Source: an uncultured Sulfurospirillum sp. (GTDB lineage Bacteria; Campylobacterota; Campylobacteria; Campylobacterales; Sulfurospirillaceae). From it: a stretch of DNA of 64,000 bases. The DNA lies in the NCBI GenBank assembly GCA_965306065.1, contig CBDLTN010000001.1:1955-65954 (forward strand). The letters run 5' to 3'. Below, piece after piece: positions 16,139-26,610 of the stretch. The notes beneath the pieces are model-generated. The model was given only the letters and a program-made list of their open reading frames with translations. It searched no databases and was not told the DNA's origin. The position numbers and the translations under genes were made by a program. Within the stretch, counting starts at the first letter, position 1, and every line of letters starts with the position of its first letter.

Positions 16139-18976
16139 CTACGCTTTTTCTATGCGGCATAATCCGCCTTTAGTTTCAGGAATCTGAGTAATAATATCAT
16201 AACCATAATTTGTAACTGTATTCGCACTCTCACCAACTGCATATGGCTTAGTTCCTTCTGGATACATTGCTGATCTATCTTCACCTTGGAAGTGTCCAGC
16301 ATAGTGAAATGGAAGGAATACTCTATCTTCAGGAACACTAAATGAATACTTAGCCTTAACTTTGATTTTAGTACCTTCTGGCGCATGTACCCACATCATA
16401 GCACCATTTCTGATTCCATGTTGTGCTGCTAAACCTGGGTTTATGTCACAGAACATTTCAGGATCAAGAGCTGCAAGATATTTAGATGCTCTATTTTCCA
16501 TACCAGCACCATTCATACTAACTAGTCTACCTGTAACTAAGTTAATAGGGAATTCTTTACTCCAATCTTTCTCAGCTTGCTTAGAAACATACTTAGTATC
16601 TACTCTATAATGATTTGCTTTATCTTTGTACGATGGGTACTTCTTAGCTAAATCTTGACGAGGAGAATGCAATGGCTCTCTATGAATTGGAATTGGATCA
16701 GGGAATGTCCATACTTTTGCTCTTGCTTTTGCATTACCATATGGTGCTATTCCAGCTTCCATACATTTATTTGCAATTATATGAGAAGTATCAACTTTCC
16801 AGTTTTTACCAATCTTTTTCTTTTCAGCAGAAGTGAGTTTTATACCAAGAACTTTTTCAATATTCTTAGCTGTAATCTCTGGATAACCATTTTTGTTAGC
16901 AGAGTCTTTTGGTGCTGAACCAGCCCCAGCAAGAAGATCATGTCCATCATGCTCAAGACCAAATCTATTTCTAAAGCCCATACCACCTTCTTTAACACTT
17001 CTATTAATGTTATATAGAATTGGACTACCACCATGAGTTTCTGTCCATACAGGCCAAGGAAGTCCGTAGTACTCACCTTTCATAGGACCATGTCCTCTAA
17101 GGCTAACTTCGTCAAACATATGCCAGTTATCAGTATGGTTTTTAAGTCTTTTATGAGTCCAACCAGTTAAACCGATTGTCTTAATAATTCTTGCGATTTC
17201 ATCAGTTGCATCTTCAGGGAATTTGTAAGATTTTTTGTTTTCTTTAATAAGCATACCTTTTGTATACTCTTTATGGAAACCTAATCTCTTAGAAAATTCT
17301 ATCATGATTTCATGATCTGGTTTTGATTCATATAATGGCTCAACAACTTGATATCTCCATTGAGCTGAACGATTTGTAGCAGTAACAGAACCACTAGTTT
17401 CAAATTGTGTTGCAGCAGGAAGGATAAATATATCATCTTGTTTGTCAGTAAGAACTGCTGCTTCATTTACAAATGGATCAGCAAGTACTATTAACTCTAA
17501 GTTATCAAGAGCTTCTTTTACTTTTGCTTGTTGAGCAATAGATGTTATACCATTACCCATAACAAAAAGTGCTTTTAGATTTGTTCCAGCATTATGAATT
17601 TTATCTTCACCTGGTTTACCAGCTAATACACCAGCATACCATCTTGAAAGAGTAAAACCTTTTGCACTCATCATTTTTTTATCTTTAAATCTTCCAGCTA
17701 ACCACTCATAATCAACTCCCCAAGATTTTGCGAAGTATTTCCATGAACCAGCACTAAGACCATAATAACCAGGAAGTGTATGTGAAAGACAACACATATC
17801 TGTCGCGCCCTGAACATTATCATGACCACGAAGGATATTAGTTCCACCACCTTCTTCACCCATGTTACCAAGACAAAGTTGAACGATTGGAGCTAAACGT
17901 GTGTTTGATGAACCAATTGTGTGTTGAGTAAGACCCATAGCCCATATTAATGTACCTGGAGTTGACTTAGCGTAAACTCTAGTGATTTGCATTAATTTCT
18001 CAACTGAAACACCTGTAACGTCAGATACTTTTTCTGGTGTCCATTTTGCAGCTTCTTTTCTAATATCATCTATTCCATAAACACGGTCATTAATAAATTT
18101 CTTATCTTCCCAACCATTTTTAAAGATGATATTTAACATACCATACATAAAAGGAATATCAGTACCAGGTCTGATTTGTGCATAGAAATCTGCTTTTGCA
18201 GCAGTTTTTGTAAATCTAGGATCTACAACGATAATTTGAGCATTATTTCTCTCTTTTGCTTTTAAGAAATGCTGAAAACCAACTGGGTGGTTAACTGCAG
18301 GATTTGCACCAAAGATGATAATTGCTTTTGAGTTTTGGATATCTCCAAGTGAGTTAGTCATAGCGCCATAACCCCATGTATTCGCCACACCGGCGACTGT
18401 TGCACTATGTCAAATTCTTGCTTGATGATCTATATTATTTGTTCCATACATTGCAGCAAATTTTCTAAAATAATATGCTTGCTCTGTGCTCATTTTTGCA
18501 GAACCTAAAAATATTGTTGAATCAGGTCCACTTTTCTCTCTTAAGCTCGATAGTTTCTTAGAGATTCTGTCATAAGCTGTATCCCAACTGATACGCTTCC
18601 ATTGACCACCCTCTTTAACCATAGGATACTTAAGTCTTACCTCTGATCTGACCATATCGATCATATCAGCACCCTTACAACAATGTCCACCTAAACTTAC
18701 TGGGTGGTCTTGTGCTACCTCTTGTCTAACCCAAACACCATTTTGAACCTCAGCAGTAATACCACAACCAACTGAACATGCAGTACAGATTGTTCTTACT
18801 TTCTTTGATCCAGGAAATGGGTTTTTAACCTCATCTTCTGTTGCTGCTCTTGTTACGTTTCCACTTGCAAATGAACTAGTTGCACCGAATGCACCAGCTA
18901 CAGCTGCCATTTTAAGAAACGAACGACGACCTATTTTAGTCGTTAGAGCATTTTGAGTAGTATTAGTCATACTCAA
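16139..18976 (-). CDS. fdhA: Formate dehydrogenase catalytic (alpha) subunit, Tat-exported, selenocysteine-containing
   Basis: Track ORFs 18410-18976 and 16139-18388 are one frame joined through TGA at 18410-18412: ...DHQARI-U-HSATVAGVANTWGYGAMTN, the canonical FDH Sec site. The Tat signal is RRSFLKMAAVAG. Confidence 0.92.
18382..18396 (-). ncRNA. Candidate SECIS upper hairpin of fdhA (UCGCC-GGUGU-GGCGA)
   Basis: A 5-bp GC-rich stem starts 13 nt after the UGA, with a GGU-containing loop. Confidence 0.5.
18410..18412 (-). other. In-frame UGA recoded as selenocysteine (codon 189 of fdhA)
   Basis: FDH homology is continuous across the codon, and the following His (U-H) is the conserved pair. 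Confidence 0.9.
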
Positions 18977-18988
18977 CTTCTCCTTTTT

Positions 18989-19186
18989 CTATAAAGCTGA
19001 ACGATAAAAATCATCCCAAGCTTTAGTTTTCTTGTAAGTAATCTCTTTTTTTGGAGATTTCCCTACAACAACGCCATTTGAACTGTATGAGTTACCCGTA
19101 CTTGCTGTTGCTGCTACTGAACCTACTGCGGCTACTGTACCAACTACTGCGGCTTTCTTTAGAAAATTTCTTCTACTTTCTGCCAT
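18989..19186 (-). CDS. Small twin-arginine-signal protein of the formate dehydrogenase region
   Basis: 65 aa. MAESRRNFLKKAAVVGTVAAV is a Tat signal, and the gene lies immediately upstream of fdhA, as in other Campylobacterota fdh loci. Confidence 0.65.
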   Translation of the reverse strand: MAESRRNFLKKAAVVGTVAAVGSVAATASTGNSYSSNGVVVGKSPKKEITYKKTKAWDDFYRSAL

Positions 19187-19221
19187 ACAATCCTCCTTGC
19201 TTAGATTTACCTCTTGACACC

Positions 19222-19266
19222 AAGAAGTTTATAAAATAGACTTTTTATCTACTTTATAAACTTCTT
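19222..19266. promoter_or_regulatory. 19-bp inverted repeat (one mismatch) between the chaperone gene and the fdh structural genes
   Basis: AAGAAGTTTATAAAATAGA-7 nt-TCTACTTTATAAACTTCTT. It is an intercistronic stem-loop with no U-tract. Confidence 0.5.
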
Positions 19267-19281
19267 CAAGAGTGAGACCCT

Positions 19282-20064
19282 CTAAAGGTCTCCTTCTTCT
19301 TCTTTCCCTGCAAATGCTTCTTCAGGAATACTACAAGCTTTTATTATTGAATCTGCTGCTTTTGCCTCACGATTACGTTTTCTTCTAGCTGCTTCTTCAT
19401 CACTTATATATTCACAAGCTTCCGTTTCTTTTTTAATTGGTTTCTCTTTTGGAGCTGGTTTAGCTACATCAAAATAGAGTCTCTCAAACTCTATAAAAGC
19501 ATTTAAAACCACAGCCAAAGATTTATAAGCATTTGACTTGTCATTTTCATAAAGCGATTCTATGTATTCATCTATAAATTCGTTAATTATTTCTGTAAAA
19601 AGACAATGTTGTAAAGTATCATAAGACTTTTCTCCTTTTATAATTAACTCAATTAGTTCATGCATAAAAGTCACTAAAAAGCCAACACTATCTTCACTCT
19701 CTTTAAAGTTTTGCTCATCTCTTCTAATTTTTGTTTTTGCTAAAAAGTTTTTTACTTCTAGTCTCTTTTTTCCACTTTCAATTTGTTCATCATAATATGA
19801 AGCTGTATTTCTTACAACTTTACTTTCAGGATTGTGAAAAACATCATCATACTCTTGAATAAGCGCATCAACTCCCCCTAAATTTATAATCTCTCTTATG
19901 TCCTTTAGTGCCTCTGCTGAATTCTCATCCATAGGATTTGCTATCATGATGTCTAATGCTTCTTCTACACCATCAAATCTATCTTTACCTTCACTAAAAA
20001 CTAACATTTTGCTAAAAAAACCGTAATATACCGATCTTGCTGGGTTAACTGCCTCTTTATTCAT
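19282..20064 (-). CDS. TorD-like redox-enzyme maturation chaperone (FDH-specific, putative) with an acidic/basic C-terminal tail
   Basis: 260 aa, helical. Its position in the fdh accessory cluster fits a TorD/DmsD-family assignment. This assignment is weak. Confidence 0.55.
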   Translation of the reverse strand: MNKEAVNPARSVYYGFFSKMLVFSEGKDRFDGVEEALDIMIANPMDENSAEALKDIREIINLGGVDALIQEYDDVFHNPESKVVRNTASYYDEQIESGKKRLEVKNFLAKTKIRRDEQNFKESEDSVGFLVTFMHELIELIIKGEKSYDTLQHCLFTEIINEFIDEYIESLYENDKSNAYKSLAVVLNAFIEFERLYFDVAKPAPKEKPIKKETEACEYISDEEAARRKRNREAKAADSIIKACSIPEEAFAGKEEEGDL

Positions 20065-21749
20065 TATAATCCATTCCTTTCATCCATATGAGCCTGTAAC
20101 ATAACTTTAGGTTTACAATCAGCACAACAATAAAGTGTTTTAACTCTTAGCTCATCATCTCCAAATATTGGTTTCATTACATTTGCTATTTTTTCTACTG
20201 ATTTGTGTGTTGCAAATCCTACTCCACACTCTACGCAGTTAAATATCTCATCTGTTGCTTTTACATTTTGTTTAAAGTAGTCTGGGTTTAAATTTATCTC
20301 ATCTTTTATTACAGTTAAACAGTTTGTTTCTGGACATACTACTTCACAGTATGTACAATTAGTACAAATTGATGGATTAAATCTTAGTGTATTATCTTCT
20401 GGGTGTGCTGTTAGTGCTCTTACATTACATGCTCCAACACAGCTTAAACAAAGTGTACATGCATCTGTATTTATATTTATATTTCCATAGTGAACGTGTT
20501 CACCTGTTTTTACAACTCCCAAATCATCCTCACCTACAAGATGTGAAAGACGAGCTGAGAAAACCTCTCTTTTACTCAGTCCGTCTTCGTTTATCCCGTA
20601 CACACACTCTTTTATTGGGATTATATTTGATAAAGCACTCTTTAACTCTTCTTCGTTCTTACATGTAAAGATTGCTTGTTTACCATACTTTTTCTCAAAG
20701 ATTTCATTTATGATGCGTATTACATCACCTGTTCCTTTTGAAATGAAGTCTGTATAAAAAACTATTGGGTTTCCACTTGTTTGAAGAAGGCTCATCATAT
20801 GAGCTTCATGTAAGTATTTTTCTCCCTCTGTTGCTAATGGTAAAACACCTTTTGGAAGTTCTACATGTAAAGAGTCTAATTCCATTTTTCTTGGTATTAT
20901 TAGTGCTACACTATCCTTATAAAAATCTGTTACTTCTTTAAATGCAACTCTTGGCATTTGAGAGTAGTCTAATGCTCCACTTGGACATACACTTATACAG
21001 CCACCACAACCATGACAATCAACATGAGAAAAGTCTAGATGTTTAGTCTCATCTATTTTCAATATTGCTACAGTTGGGCAAACTTCTGCACACTTTCCAC
21101 ATATCTCTGTATTTCTCTCATGGTACTGACAAATACTAGAATCATACTTGATAAAGTTTTTGTATTTATACGTTCCTTGATTTGTTTTTACTGTTTTTAT
21201 AGTTTTTTCTAATCCTATGATATTAGGATCATAAGTTCCACTTTGTTTCATTGCAAACTGCGGTGCATCTTCCCAGATGATTTGGTCAGTTTCCAAATCT
21301 ATTAATTCTTCTTCTTTTCTGATAGTCAATATCAGTTGACCAATATGTCCATTTACGTCTACTATATTCATTGAGTTTAGTACTATACATGTAAAGCCTA
21401 AACTTTTTAACTCTTCTACTAGTTTATCTTCATTTTCATTTGAAACAATTACTAGTTTATTACCTACTGGTTCTTCATAATCCATATCTTGTGCTAAATC
21501 ATATGCTGATGCCCTAATATCATATAGTTTCTTTACATTTGTTATTCTTTGGCTTATATCATCTTGTGTGTTTTTTATATAGAAATTTATCTCTGGTGCA
21601 TATATCTGTGCATTATCATTCTCTATATTTGATACTATATATTCTTTATTATCCAACCCTTTTAACACCTCTATACTCTCGTCTAATGGATACTCTAGTG
21701 TTGTTTGGTCACAATATATATACTCTTTGTTCATCTTTACATCCCACAT
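20064..21749 (-). CDS. Multi-cluster 4Fe-4S ferredoxin-domain protein (fdh-associated)
   Basis: It has at least four CxxCxxCxxxCP-type motifs. An alternative start is at 21734. Confidence 0.7.
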   Translation of the reverse strand: MWDVKMNKEYIYCDQTTLEYPLDESIEVLKGLDNKEYIVSNIENDNAQIYAPEINFYIKNTQDDISQRITNVKKLYDIRASAYDLAQDMDYEEPVGNKLVIVSNENEDKLVEELKSLGFTCIVLNSMNIVDVNGHIGQLILTIRKEEELIDLETDQIIWEDAPQFAMKQSGTYDPNIIGLEKTIKTVKTNQGTYKYKNFIKYDSSICQYHERNTEICGKCAEVCPTVAILKIDETKHLDFSHVDCHGCGGCISVCPSGALDYSQMPRVAFKEVTDFYKDSVALIIPRKMELDSLHVELPKGVLPLATEGEKYLHEAHMMSLLQTSGNPIVFYTDFISKGTGDVIRIINEIFEKKYGKQAIFTCKNEEELKSALSNIIPIKECVYGINEDGLSKREVFSARLSHLVGEDDLGVVKTGEHVHYGNININTDACTLCLSCVGACNVRALTAHPEDNTLRFNPSICTNCTYCEVVCPETNCLTVIKDEINLNPDYFKQNVKATDEIFNCVECGVGFATHKSVEKIANVMKPIFGDDELRVKTLYCCADCKPKVMLQAHMDERNGL

Positions 21750-21873
21750 CGGTCAAATCTTATTTACCGTATTGTAGATTTATTTAGTTTAAACTACTCT
21801 TAAAAATTTATTTTGAAATACCAATATATAGTCTTTCTAAAGTGTATTTGGACTAAAAAAGTTAATATTCTCT

Positions 21874-21884
21874 AATTGGTAAAG
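21874..21884 (+). repeat. Member of the TACAATTTGGTAAAGTC-related repeat family (AATTGGTAAAG)
   Basis: The same 11-mer is found at 28279-28289. Confidence 0.5.
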
Positions 21885-22072
21885 ATATCTTTTCTATCTC
21901 TTTTTGTTATTAAAGTAAATTTTATTTTTTATTACATTGCCTTTTTTTCGATATTGTAAAAATATGCTAATTTTGCATATTAGTACTTTTTAATTTCAAT
22001 AAAATTATTTTTATCACTCTTGAAAAATATTTGAAATTAAATTTAGTAAAAATTTAAAATTTTTCTATTTGT

Positions 22073-22083
22073 TACAATTTGGT
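22073..22083 (+). repeat. Member of the TACAATTTGGTAAAGTC-related repeat family (TACAATTTGGT)
   Basis: The same 11-mer is found at 27841-27851. Confidence 0.5.
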
Positions 22084-22217
22084 CAGTTTTTTGAATTTTT
22101 CTATCAAAACTTATGTAAATATTTAACTTAATGAAAAAAGCGAGTGCTTAAATCATTCTTTTTTATACCTTTTTTAAAAAGTTTATTAATATGCAAGTCC
22201 ACCTATAAAAAGATGCC

Positions 22218-22745
22218 CTATATTTTATGAGCATCTTTAATTGGTGTTATTTTGAAGTTTTCATCGAGTTTTATTAGTTTTTCATTTAAAATTTTTAAAA
22301 TCTCTTCCATTTTACTCTCCAAACAAGAAGTTAGTCCTACTCCTGCATCAAGTGATTTAGGAACAATTGTAATATATTCTATCTTTTTTGGAGCTTTTAT
22401 ATTTGCAAAGCTATTTAAAGTTATAATATCCGAAAGACCTACTTGATGGGCTGATAAACTAGATTGTATATTTTTAGCTGTTATCTCTTCATGGTTAAAT
22501 AAATATATATCTCCTGGTTCTGAGTCTATATTTACTACATCTATTATAAAAATACTCTCTTTAGCCTCTACAAACGATGAGAGCATAATCCCTGCAGTTC
22601 CACCATCTATAATCTCAATTTCATCACTATATACATAGTTTTTCTCAAGATACTTTACAAAATGAGGGCCAAAGCCCTCATCACTCAAAAGAATATTACC
22701 TACTCCTAATATTCCTACTTTTTTATCTTCTTGATAGTCTATCAT
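22218..22745 (-). CDS. hybD: [NiFe] hydrogenase maturation endopeptidase
   Basis: GILGVGNILLSDEGFG is the HyaD/HybD motif. The start at 22745 forms an ATGA overlap with the large-subunit stop. The longer track ORF (to 22814) overlaps hybC and is unlikely. Confidence 0.85.
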   Translation of the reverse strand: MIDYQEDKKVGILGVGNILLSDEGFGPHFVKYLEKNYVYSDEIEIIDGGTAGIMLSSFVEAKESIFIIDVVNIDSEPGDIYLFNHEEITAKNIQSSLSAHQVGLSDIITLNSFANIKAPKKIEYITIVPKSLDAGVGLTSCLESKMEEILKILNEKLIKLDENFKITPIKDAHKI

Positions 22746-24454
22746 CCAAGAATCTTTACTTTTGAATACTCTTTTCCTTTTGGATCTAACATATGACAAG
22801 CACAAGCCATACATGGATCATAAGAGTGTATAACCCTCACTACCTCTAGTGGTTTTTTCTCATCAGCAATTTTTAAACCAATCAAGGCCCCTTCATAAGC
22901 ACCACGTTCTCCATTGTGAGCTCTTGGAGATGCTAGCCAAGTTGTTGGTATTGTAGCAGCATATCCTGTAATTCTACCATCTTTTATTGTACTCCAATGC
23001 ACCATAGCACCTCTTGGAGCACTGTGAACACCCATACCTTTTGTCTCTTTATCTGTAAAAACTGGCTTATTAAAAGTGTCGAAATCGCCTTTTTTGATAT
23101 TTTCTAATAGTGCTTGCCACTGTTTTTTCAATCCATCGTGCATAACTGTTGCTCTTATTGATTTAGAAACAAATCTACCTATTGTAGAGTCTAATTTTTC
23201 TATTGTATAGCGAGTCCCACCAATAGATTCGATCTTATCAAAAACTCTGTCTATTGTTTCTAATGCTGGCTTATATTGGCTAAAATACATAGCATATACA
23301 TCTGCAGTTGGTCCAGGTTCAGCAGTTTTATTTTTAAAATATGGTGCTTTTACCCAAGAGTATTTTTCTGCATTGTTCTCATCATATGCTGATTCTAACT
23401 GATCATTGTTTTGTACATATGGGTGTCTTAACCAGTCACCTTTAAAGTAAGAATGTTTAATAGATTCTTTTACATTCTCTTCAATAAACTCATCTCTAAG
23501 AGAATCAACTTTTCTAAATGTTGAAAAATCATATCCTTCAATATATCCACCAGGAATCATACAGTTACTACTATCTTCAGCCATTGGCATCTCTGGAAAA
23601 CTTAGATAATTTCCCTGTCCTCTACCAATTTCACTCCATTTTGGATAATAAGAAGCAAGAAGGGCAACATCATAGTTATATACTTCTTTCATAAACTCTT
23701 CTAATTCATCTATCAAAGTCTTTACATACTCAAGTCTTTCTAATGTTAAAACAGCTTGAGAATCCGGATTTATAGGGTTTGCTACTCCACCAACCGCAAG
23801 ATTTTGTACATGTGGTGTTTTTGAACCAAGTATAGTTACAATTTTGTTTGCTTTTCTTTGATAGTGAAGTGACTCAAAGTAGTGAGTTGCAAGTATAAGA
23901 TTTACTTCTGGTGGTAGTGTCATTTCAGGGTGACCAGAGTAACCATCACTAAAAACTCCTAGCTGTTTTGACTCAATCAGTTTTTTCAGTTTATCTTGTG
24001 TCTCTTTCATAGTAGCATAACTGTTATTTTTCCAAGTAGATTGTGACTCCGCTAAATCGGCTGCTTTTTGCGGGTCAGCATCAAATGCAGCAGACTTAAG
24101 GTCAAACCAATCCAATAAAGACAATACATAAAAATGTATTACATTATCAACCACAGAGTGTGCGCCTATCATCATGTTTCTAATATATTGAGCATTCACA
24201 GGTATCTTCATATCCAAAGCATGCTCAGCAGCTCTGACTGATCCCATCGCATGTGAGATTGTACAAACACCACAAATTCTTTGAGAAATCATCCATGCAT
24301 CTCTTGCATCTCTTCCTTTTAAGATAGCCTCTATTCCTCTCCAAAGTGTCCCTGCTGACCATGCATCTGTCACTTTTCCATTATCTATCGTACACTCAAT
24401 TTTTAGATGACCCTCAATTCTAGTTATTGGATCTATTACTATTCTTTTCGCCAT
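22742..24454 (-). CDS. hybC: [NiFe] hydrogenase large subunit
   Basis: N-terminal RIEGH...RICGVCT and C-terminal DPCMACACH Ni-binding motifs are present. I prefer the start at 24454 (AGGA RBS). Confidence 0.92.
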   Translation of the reverse strand: MAKRIVIDPITRIEGHLKIECTIDNGKVTDAWSAGTLWRGIEAILKGRDARDAWMISQRICGVCTISHAMGSVRAAEHALDMKIPVNAQYIRNMMIGAHSVVDNVIHFYVLSLLDWFDLKSAAFDADPQKAADLAESQSTWKNNSYATMKETQDKLKKLIESKQLGVFSDGYSGHPEMTLPPEVNLILATHYFESLHYQRKANKIVTILGSKTPHVQNLAVGGVANPINPDSQAVLTLERLEYVKTLIDELEEFMKEVYNYDVALLASYYPKWSEIGRGQGNYLSFPEMPMAEDSSNCMIPGGYIEGYDFSTFRKVDSLRDEFIEENVKESIKHSYFKGDWLRHPYVQNNDQLESAYDENNAEKYSWVKAPYFKNKTAEPGPTADVYAMYFSQYKPALETIDRVFDKIESIGGTRYTIEKLDSTIGRFVSKSIRATVMHDGLKKQWQALLENIKKGDFDTFNKPVFTDKETKGMGVHSAPRGAMVHWSTIKDGRITGYAATIPTTWLASPRAHNGERGAYEGALIGLKIADEKKPLEVVRVIHSYDPCMACACHMLDPKGKEYSKVKILG

Positions 24455-24467
24455 TTCTTTTCCTCTT

Positions 24468-25613
24468 TTATTTATGCTTTGTAAAAACTGCAAAATATTT
24501 TACAAAAAATGTATATGCTGCAATCTCTGCTGCAACTAATCCGTATGATACTATCTGTTCTGCTATAGATGGAAAGTAACTCCACTCACTAATAATAGGA
24601 GTATATGCTATTAAATAAACATTAAATCTAAATAGCGATGAACCTAATAATATAAGTACTGCTCCTATAAAAAGATACCTAGGAGAAGTCCTGAGCTTCT
24701 TAAAAAGCAGTATCACTAGCCCTGAAGTCATTAATAGCATCTCCATAATAAATGTAATAGAGGCACTATCAAATCTAAATATATCTGCAAATACTTTGTT
24801 TAAAAAAATATTTTGTATACGTAGCAAGATAAAGATAGTTAGTATGATAGCTGCGGCTTTTGCCATTTTTGAAAGTATTGTTGTCTCATCGCCAAGTTTG
24901 TATGCTTTTGATACTATACTTCCCTCAAATACTACCATTGAAAAACCCATAAACAGAGCTGAAAGTAAGAAAAATATTGGTAACATCTGTGTTTGCCATA
25001 AAGGGTGTAGCTTGTTACCAGCTATTATCATCATAGTTCCTAGTGATGATTGATGCATCATAGGAAGTGTTACTCCTAAAGCAATAAAGAAAAATGCTGT
25101 TTTTTCAAGCCATTTCGTTAACTTATCAAGTTTAAATTTACTCGTTATAGCAGGTGCAAACTCTATCCATAGAACTATAATATAAGTTGTAACACACAGT
25201 GCAACTTCAAGCATAACAGAGGTATAATTTATCTTCCATGGTATAAAAAGATTATATGCATGAAAATATCTTCCTATATCGAACATAACTGAAGCACCAG
25301 CTAATGTATATCCAAACATTGAAGCAAGCAGTGCTGGTCTAACCAATGGATGATACTTTCCTTTATTAAATACATATACTGTTAAAGCCATCGCATACCC
25401 ACCACATGCAAAAGCACTTCCAACTACAACATCATAAGCAATCCAGATACCCCAAGGATAACCATCACTCATATTTGAGACTGCTCCAAGTCCAAGAATA
25501 AATCTAAAGCCAAGAGCTATAACCATCAACCCTACAATCGTTGACATACCTATAAATACAGGAGTAAATATTTTACCTCCTAAAGCTACCTCTTTATGCA
25601 TCTTTATCTCCAT
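24468..25613 (-). CDS. hybB: Hydrogenase integral membrane subunit, HybB/NrfD-like
   Basis: 381 aa with about 10 TM helices, lying between hybA and hybC as in E. coli hybOABC. Confidence 0.8.
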   Translation of the reverse strand: MEIKMHKEVALGGKIFTPVFIGMSTIVGLMVIALGFRFILGLGAVSNMSDGYPWGIWIAYDVVVGSAFACGGYAMALTVYVFNKGKYHPLVRPALLASMFGYTLAGASVMFDIGRYFHAYNLFIPWKINYTSVMLEVALCVTTYIIVLWIEFAPAITSKFKLDKLTKWLEKTAFFFIALGVTLPMMHQSSLGTMMIIAGNKLHPLWQTQMLPIFFLLSALFMGFSMVVFEGSIVSKAYKLGDETTILSKMAKAAAIILTIFILLRIQNIFLNKVFADIFRFDSASITFIMEMLLMTSGLVILLFKKLRTSPRYLFIGAVLILLGSSLFRFNVYLIAYTPIISEWSYFPSIAEQIVSYGLVAAEIAAYTFFVKYFAVFTKHK

Positions 25614-26610
25614 TTTCTTTGAGTTTTTCCGAGAGTCTTTTTTCCTCTTCTTTCTCTGCTATAATGTTTTTTCGTACATAAAATGAGTATGTTGCAAGAA
25701 CTGCAACAGGAATAATCATACTAGAATATACACCTACTTGTTTTGCATTACTCACACTAGCGTAAGATTTATTAGGATATTTTGGAAGACCAAGCTTTTG
25801 AAAAGGTACTGCACTAAGATATGTAACTTGTGTGCCACCAAGTTCTCTCTCTCCATATTGGTGTTTGATATATTTTGCTGCTTTATGCTCTAGTGTATAT
25901 CCTGAATCAAGCGAGAATACAGGGTATTTGTATCTTTTTCCCTCTTGTGTTTGCAATCTTTTGCTTGCTTCATCTCTTAATTTAGTCAAAGGACCAAAAA
26001 GTGACGCACCAGTAGGACAGGTTGAACAACATCCTGGAAGCTTTCCAGCCTCTAACAAATGGTCGCAAAGTTGACACTTCACAATTTCAGGATACCACTC
26101 ATCCCACTCAAATTTTGGTATATCATAAGGACAACCTATTTGACAATATCTACAACCAATACAGTCATCTTTTTCATACTTTACAACTCCTGTTAAAACA
26201 TCTTTATTTAGTGCTGAAGTCGGACAAGCAGATACGCAACCAGGCTCAAGACAATGCAGGCATTGACCTTTAATAAAAGAATAACCATCTTTTTCTTCAT
26301 TTTTTGTCTTAGCAGTACCGTCTTGATACTTTCTAATAATATTTCTTGTATCAGCAGTTAAATCATATGGTTTATCCCAAGCTTTTTGACCATTAAATAT
26401 TTCTTGTGGATCAGAGTTTGATTTTTTACATCCAGCAACACAGGCATTACAACCTACACATATAGTAGCATCATATAGAATACCAACTGTTTTGTCTGTT
26501 AGATGATATTTTTTTACTTCATAAGCCTCGAGAGGAGACACACTAGCAGTAGCTACAACAGCAGCTCCTTTTAAAGTGCTTTTAAAAAACTCACGCCTTT
26601 TCATCTTCAT
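25594..26610 (-). CDS. hybA: Hydrogenase Fe-S electron-transfer subunit, HybA-like, Tat-exported
   Basis: It has a Tat signal (RREFFKSTLKGAAVVA), four ferredoxin-type Cys clusters and a C-terminal TM anchor. Confidence 0.85.
   Translation of the reverse strand: MKMKRREFFKSTLKGAAVVATASVSPLEAYEVKKYHLTDKTVGILYDATICVGCNACVAGCKKSNSDPQEIFNGQKAWDKPYDLTADTRNIIRKYQDGTAKTKNEEKDGYSFIKGQCLHCLEPGCVSACPTSALNKDVLTGVVKYEKDDCIGCRYCQIGCPYDIPKFEWDEWYPEIVKCQLCDHLLEAGKLPGCCSTCPTGASLFGPLTKLRDEASKRLQTQEGKRYKYPVFSLDSGYTLEHKAAKYIKHQYGERELGGTQVTYLSAVPFQKLGLPKYPNKSYASVSNAKQVGVYSSMIIPVAVLATYSFYVRKNIIAEKEEEKRLSEKLKENGDKDA

Noticed and set aside
22742-24493. N-terminal extensions of the hydrogenase large subunit (to 24493) and of the protease (to 22814).
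   Set aside because: The extensions overlap the upstream genes. The internal ATGs at 24454 and 22745 have proper RBS or ATGA coupling and give the canonical N-termini (MAKRIVIDPITRIEGH; MIDYQEDKKVGILGVGN).
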